A program made the position numbers and the translations under genes. Below are positions 59,014 to 64,000 of a DNA stretch of 64,000 nt, piece after piece. Origin of the DNA: Alphaproteobacteria bacterium (GTDB taxonomy: Bacteria > Pseudomonadota > Alphaproteobacteria > CAAHEQ01 > UBA3637); NCBI GenBank assembly GCA_045605805.1, contig JAZUQR010000021.1, forward strand, positions 32,001 through 96,000. The letters are read 5' to 3'. The notes under the pieces were generated by a model that did no database searches, was not told the DNA's origin, and saw only the letters and a program-made list of their open reading frames with translations. How positions within the stretch are numbered: position 1 is the stretch's first letter; each line of letters opens with the position of its first letter.

Positions 59014-60921
59014 ATGATAACTGAAGAACTTCAAAAAGAGATCGATTCTCATAAGATTATTTCATTTGATATATTTGATACTTTGCTAATTAGACCCTAT
59101 GTAAAACCTACGGATTTATTCCTTCATTTAGAAGAATTAGAAAGAACATCTGGTTTTGCTATCAATAGAATTGAAGCAGAGAAAAATGCTAGGAAGAAGC
59201 ATCACGACCAAGAGGACATAACATTAGAGCAAATCTATAACGAAATTGCTACAAAATATCAATCCTTACAACAAAATGAATTAGATTTAGAGAAGCAGGT
59301 TTTAAGAACAAATCCTGATATGAAAGAAATCTATGAATATGCTTTATCAAAAAAGAAGAAAATTATAGTTATTTCAGATATGTACTTATCTAGTGAATTT
59401 TTGAAACAAATTCTTCATAAGAATGGATACACAAAGATTGAAAATGTATATGTCTCCAACGAATGTGGAAGTACAAAAGCAACAGGCAAACTATATCAAT
59501 ATGTTATGAATAAACTAGGAGAAAAATCTCAGAACATATTTCACATTGGGGATAATATATATTCCGATATAGCTAAGGCAAAGGAAAATGGAATATCTTC
59601 TTACTGGTACCAGAAAAGGATAGATGCTTTATTGGAGAATGATAAGCGTGCAGCATCTTTCTATCAAAACAATAAACATTCATTAGAAGCATCTATATTG
59701 CTTGGCTCAATAGCAAACTATTTCCCAGACGAAAATGTTTCATACTGGGAAACAATTGGTTATGTTTACGCAGGACCCACTATTTACGCTTATATGTTAT
59801 GGTTAAATAGTGCCATTCAAAAAGAAGGAATTAAAGAATTGCTCTTTGTTGCACGAGATGGTTATACCCTAGAAAAAGTATTCAATATTATCAAAACTCA
59901 AAACACAAAAACTCATTATTTTTATGCACCAAGAACAACTAGTTTGTTAACAGATTTATGCTGGGATAGTTATGAATCACCACAACAGAAATTAACATTT
60001 GCACAATTCACATTAAATCATTTTTCCCAGTACGACTCAACGATGAAAGCATATGCTTCATACATAAGTTCATTATCCAAAGCTACGAAAATATTTAAAG
60101 ATAATCATGAAATCCTAGAAAAATTTGCTAGTATTGAAAAAGAAAAATACAGAGCTTATCTAAAAACTTTTGAAATTTCGGAGAAAAAGGTTGGATTAGT
60201 AGATACGATAACACAACTATTTTCATCGCAACGAACATTAGCAATGGGGCTACCAAATAATGATATTATAGGTTACTATTGGTACACATTGCCTAACAAG
60301 CAGAAAATAGCAAATAAGCACAATTTTTACACATTTTCAGAAACAAACAACCCAAATTTTGCTGATTGGGACATTATGGAGCTTTTAATGACCGCTCCAA
60401 CGCCACCAATAGATTCTATTAAAGATAACAAACCAATATTTAAAGAACCTAATGCATATGAACAAAAACGGATTCAAATATATCCCGCCATATCAGAAGG
60501 AGCTATTAAGTATGCCCAATACCTAAAAAACACATTTAAAGGTATTAATATTAGTTTTTCTGAACAAATTATAAGAAAGTGGATTAACACTTTTTGTCTG
60601 ATAGCTACCGATAATGACAAAACCGAATTTTCTCAAATTCAGCATGCATGGGATGCGAAACATGAACATTATGTACCACTACCTAAGGCATGGTTTCCTG
60701 TAACAAATGAACACAAAGGTGTTACACTTAGCAATACAAAGATTTACTTATTAAACTTAATTCCTTTTATTAGGAAGAAAGAAACTACAACTAGACATCG
60801 GCTATATCTATTTTGTTTCATACCTTTTTATACTATCCGTATTAAATCTCAAAAAAGGTCGCATTGGTTATTTAATTGTATACCTTTATTTTCTATCACA
60901 AAGAAGGACAAAAACAAATGA
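59014..60921 (+). CDS. HAD-superfamily hydrolase of polysaccharide loci
   Basis: SFDIFDTL, ISDMYL, K, HIGDN..SD, FVARDG. Confidence 0.88.
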   Translation: MITEELQKEIDSHKIISFDIFDTLLIRPYVKPTDLFLHLEELERTSGFAINRIEAEKNARKKHHDQEDITLEQIYNEIATKYQSLQQNELDLEKQVLRTNPDMKEIYEYALSKKKKIIVISDMYLSSEFLKQILHKNGYTKIENVYVSNECGSTKATGKLYQYVMNKLGEKSQNIFHIGDNIYSDIAKAKENGISSYWYQKRIDALLENDKRAASFYQNNKHSLEASILLGSIANYFPDENVSYWETIGYVYAGPTIYAYMLWLNSAIQKEGIKELLFVARDGYTLEKVFNIIKTQNTKTHYFYAPRTTSLLTDLCWDSYESPQQKLTFAQFTLNHFSQYDSTMKAYASYISSLSKATKIFKDNHEILEKFASIEKEKYRAYLKTFEISEKKVGLVDTITQLFSSQRTLAMGLPNNDIIGYYWYTLPNKQKIANKHNFYTFSETNNPNFADWDIMELLMTAPTPPIDSIKDNKPIFKEPNAYEQKRIQIYPAISEGAIKYAQYLKNTFKGINISFSEQIIRKWINTFCLIATDNDKTEFSQIQHAWDAKHEHYVPLPKAWFPVTNEHKGVTLSNTKIYLLNLIPFIRKKETTTRHRLYLFCFIPFYTIRIKSQKRSHWLFNCIPLFSITKKDKNK

Positions 60922-61670
60922 AAAAAATATTCTATCAAATTTGTGCTGCCTTTATTCTCAACAAACAAAGCAAAAAAGCATTCCGTAGGAAATATATCAC
61001 ACCATTAAAGCGTATTGAACCTATTTGTGAGAAAGATCCTTTTGTTGCTGATTCTGTGGTAAGTATTGCTCACGATTACACTGAATATTCGGAATTGATA
61101 ATTAACCAAGATTTACGCAGAAATAACAAATTTATAGCATTTGATAATGGTGTATCATTGTGTGGAAATAATTTTGTAACAAAAGGCACTAAGATTGGGC
61201 GTTATTCATACATAGGTGAATACACAAAAATTGATGATAAAGTTATAATTGGTCGTTATTGTTCTATAGCAGATAATGTTTTGATTGGGGCAACAAGACA
61301 TCCTACGAATTGGCTTTCAACTTCACCTTTTCAATATGATTATTGGATTGATGCAAAATGTCCTAAGAAACAATATACAATCAGTAAGAAAACAGAAATT
61401 GGCAATGATGTATGGATAGGTGCTAATGTTATTATTCAGACAGGAATAACTGTAGGAGATGGTGCTATCATTGGTTCTGGTGCGGTGGTAACTCACGATA
61501 TTCCTCCATATGGTATTGCTGTAGGTGTTCCTGCCAAAGTAATAAAATACAGATTTAATGAAGATATTATTAAAATTTTGCTTGATAAAAAGTGGTGGAA
61601 TAGAAAGCACGAATACATACAGAAATTACCCTTTGATGATATTGATAAATGCTTGGAGATATTAAAATGA
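60918..61670 (+). CDS. CatB/Vat-like hexapeptide O-acetyltransferase
   Basis: IGRYCSIA, HP..WLSTSPF, IGNDVWIG, GVPAKVIKYRF, KWW. Confidence 0.9.
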   Translation: MKKIFYQICAAFILNKQSKKAFRRKYITPLKRIEPICEKDPFVADSVVSIAHDYTEYSELIINQDLRRNNKFIAFDNGVSLCGNNFVTKGTKIGRYSYIGEYTKIDDKVIIGRYCSIADNVLIGATRHPTNWLSTSPFQYDYWIDAKCPKKQYTISKKTEIGNDVWIGANVIIQTGITVGDGAIIGSGAVVTHDIPPYGIAVGVPAKVIKYRFNEDIIKILLDKKWWNRKHEYIQKLPFDDIDKCLEILK

Positions 61671-62440
61671 GCTTAATTAAAAAAATATATGTTAATGAAA
61701 CTAAAATAAATGATATACAAAATATGGCGGCACGCTACATAACTGCACAATATTTTAATGCTAAAGCATTTAGAGAATTTAAAGGCATATATAAAGGAAG
61801 AGATATTGTAGTTGTCGCAGCAGGTCCTAGCGTAAAAAAATTCCAACCCATTGAAAATGCAATTTATATTGGAATGAACAGAAGTTGTATGTTAGAAAGT
61901 ATTAAATTTGATTTTTTGTTTACCATTGACCTATTAGGAATAGATAGTTTTATGGAGGAATTTAAAAATTACGAGGGGAATAATTGTGTTAAATTTATAG
62001 GGGAACAACAAGAAGGAAAAGGTAGGGATATACCTGAATCCTACTTTCTATCATTGAAAAATGCTAGAAAATACAAAACTGATATCTTTATTAACGCAGG
62101 CGAAAAAATTCCAGTTGATATTGATTGTTTGCCTCTTTGGAATGGAAATAGTGTAGCACATCAGGCGGTACAATTTGCATTATTCTGTAATCCTAAAAGA
62201 ATATATCTTGTTGGGTGTGATTGTAGTGGTATTAAAACGGGGCATTTTATTGAAGGCAAAAATGATGAACATATGGTAAAAAGTTTTTCGGATGACTTTT
62301 GGAAAAATAATCAAGAATATTTAATTAACGGCTGGAAAAAACTAAAGGATTTTGCTGAAACATACTATCCAGATACAGAAATTATATCAATTAATCCAGT
62401 TGGTCTAAAAGGGTTGTTTAAAGATACATATCAAGAATGA
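61667..62440 (+). CDS. DUF115/Maf-like protein, candidate nonulosonate transferase
   Basis: VVAAGPS, IGMN, F..D, IYLVGCD..GHF pattern shared by Maf and GT42-type folds. Confidence 0.65.
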   Translation: MSLIKKIYVNETKINDIQNMAARYITAQYFNAKAFREFKGIYKGRDIVVVAAGPSVKKFQPIENAIYIGMNRSCMLESIKFDFLFTIDLLGIDSFMEEFKNYEGNNCVKFIGEQQEGKGRDIPESYFLSLKNARKYKTDIFINAGEKIPVDIDCLPLWNGNSVAHQAVQFALFCNPKRIYLVGCDCSGIKTGHFIEGKNDEHMVKSFSDDFWKNNQEYLINGWKKLKDFAETYYPDTEIISINPVGLKGLFKDTYQE

Positions 62441-62450
62441 AAGGAACCTA

Positions 62451-63116
62451 ATGAGCAATTTAAAAATCATTATACCATTAAAAACTAATTCGGAACGCAT
62501 ACCCAATAAGAATCTTCGTCCATTTTTGGGTAATAAAAGTTTATTTGATATAAAAGCTGAACAATTACTAAAATGTTTTGATCCCAAAGATGTGTGGTGT
62601 TCATCTGAAAATCCAGAAGTGGAACAAATTGTGAAAAAGTACGGTTTTAATTTTCATTTAAGAGATATCTCGTTGACAACTAAAAATACACGAGAAAACA
62701 AACTTGTCAAGACCATAGTAGACAGTATTCCTGGAAAACCAGATATAATGTGGTGTCAGGTAACACAACCGCTATTTAACGAATTTTCAAAATTATTGGA
62801 AACATATCATAATTTAGATAAAAAATATGATTCTATATGTGTTGTGAAGAAATTTCGCCATCATTTATTAGATGACAAGGGAAATCCCGTTAATTTCAAT
62901 TTTGGATATTGGCACAAGATAAGCCAAGATTTACCAAAACTATATGAAGTAGCATGGGCTGCATTTATTATGAGAAGAGAAATGCTTGAGCAAGCATGGT
63001 ATCAAATCGGTCGGAACCCTTATCTATTTGAAACACAAAAACCACTTATAGACATAGATGAGATTTCAGATTTTGAAATTGCAAGTATCTTGTATAATCA
63101 TTATATTGATACTTAA
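62451..63116 (+). CDS. Acylneuraminate cytidylyltransferase-like (NeuA family)
   Basis: IIP....SERIPNKN, TQPL, DIDE..DF. Confidence 0.85.
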   Translation: MSNLKIIIPLKTNSERIPNKNLRPFLGNKSLFDIKAEQLLKCFDPKDVWCSSENPEVEQIVKKYGFNFHLRDISLTTKNTRENKLVKTIVDSIPGKPDIMWCQVTQPLFNEFSKLLETYHNLDKKYDSICVVKKFRHHLLDDKGNPVNFNFGYWHKISQDLPKLYEVAWAAFIMRREMLEQAWYQIGRNPYLFETQKPLIDIDEISDFEIASILYNHYIDT

Positions 63117-63156
63117 AGTAAAACTTATTTGGATACACATCATCGCTATCTTATGT

Positions 63157-63753
63157 TTATACCACAACATTCTCCACAGCGTTTGAGAGCATCTTTTCAT
63201 TATAGTTGAAATACCTTTGTGTTGTGCTTATGTTACGATGATTGGCGAGCTTTTGAACCAAACAGATATTAGTGCCTGCATTTATTAAACGACTCACGAA
63301 CAAATGCCTTCCAAGGTGACTTCCCCCTTCAATATTGAACTTACTGTAAATAGTTGAGAACATTCTACTAATAGATACTCGATTAAATGGTTTCCCCAAC
63401 TTTTGCGAGGTAAAAAGATACATTTCCGGGGAAATCTCTTCATTTTTGCTCTTCAAATACTCCAAATACTCCTTAAACTCTTTCTTCATTTGAGAATTTA
63501 GGTAATAACTACACCCAAATTTGCCTTTATTCTTATCCTTTTCAAGGCAAATAACATCCTTTACCTTTAAATCTTGGGTATAAACATCCCCAACTTGAAG
63601 ATAAGCAAAATTTATAGACCTCATGCCATTGAGCGAGCAAAGGAACATCATCCTAATCATTTCCGCATGTCTCATTCCAGAGATATAAGTCAAAATATCT
63701 TTGATTTTCTTGTCGTCAATAAAAACACTGTTTACCATTTTTAATCCAATCAT
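63157..63753 (-). CDS. Small tyrosine recombinase (catalytic domain only)
   Basis: GMR, K, HLGRH, LANH, TQRY catalytic set. Confidence 0.9.
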   Translation of the reverse strand: MIGLKMVNSVFIDDKKIKDILTYISGMRHAEMIRMMFLCSLNGMRSINFAYLQVGDVYTQDLKVKDVICLEKDKNKGKFGCSYYLNSQMKKEFKEYLEYLKSKNEEISPEMYLFTSQKLGKPFNRVSISRMFSTIYSKFNIEGGSHLGRHLFVSRLINAGTNICLVQKLANHRNISTTQRYFNYNEKMLSNAVENVVV

Positions 63754-63817
63754 TCAAATTATACATTTTCTTCGTAACTCTGATCATACCAAAATGAAAA
63801 TTGAATGTCAAGCATAT

Positions 63818-63949
63818 AATGTTAAAAAAAGTTATTTTATTTAACATATTTTAACATTTTATAACAGATGTGGTGAAGGACATTTTAAAACACCCTTATT
63901 TTACAACGGTTTTAAGAATAATGTTAAAAAATGATTCTTTTTTAACATT
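63818..63949. promoter_or_regulatory. Two lox/dif-like inverted-repeat sites upstream of small recombinase
   Basis: AATGTTAAAAAA-TGATTC-TTTTTTAACATT (63920-63949, perfect 12-bp arms) and an imperfect copy at 63818-63848. Confidence 0.6.
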
Positions 63950-64000
63950 TTTGTTTTCTCTGGACTTTTTGATTGTTTTATGATAAAATTTAACCAAATT

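Larger units (their letters stand above)
43837..64000. mobile_element. tRNA-Thr-integrated element (integrated plasmid or genomic island); right end beyond window
   Basis: Integrase next to the tRNA 3' end, no housekeeping genes, AT-richer sequence, iterons, resolvase, second tyrosine recombinase; no duplicated tRNA 3' end seen. Confidence 0.88.

Noticed and set aside
60918-61670. Antibiotic resistance gene (catB/vat)
   Set aside because: Embedded in a glycan operon with an extra N-terminal region; sugar O-acetylation is more likely
43837-64000. Prophage
   Set aside because: No terminase, capsid, tail or lysis genes in the visible part

Overview
Bases 1 to ~43.8 kb are core chromosome of an alphaproteobacterium. 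Evidence for this is gcrA, an RHH_4 gene, pal-cpoB-tilS-ftsH and fabG-acpP-fabF-mltG; a Rhodospirillales-like, host-associated lineage is inferred, not shown. This part carries housekeeping genes, SRP RNA (ffs) before dnaX, a TolC/MacAB-type exporter, and several orphan surface genes: a GT10 fucosyltransferase, a PilV-like pilin with a lectin-like partner, a Cys-rich repeat protein and a His/Cys-tailed protein. From tRNA-Thr(GGT) at 43762-43836 to the window end lies a visibly AT-richer integrated element whose right end is not in the window. It contains a tyrosine integrase with arm-like repeats, an operon of small orphan genes, hsp20 bracketed by identical 26-bp hairpins, an HTH Rep-like gene beside a helically phased iteron array, a serine resolvase, a glycan-modification cassette, and a second minimal tyrosine recombinase with lox/dif-like sites upstream. 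The best candidate for an undescribed system is the three-gene operon at 51695-56535: a Cap4/DUF4297-like nuclease, a 968-aa helical protein with no NTPase motif, and an HNH nuclease. It looks like a split sensor-effector anti-phage system. All family assignments come from motif recognition by eye; no database search was run.
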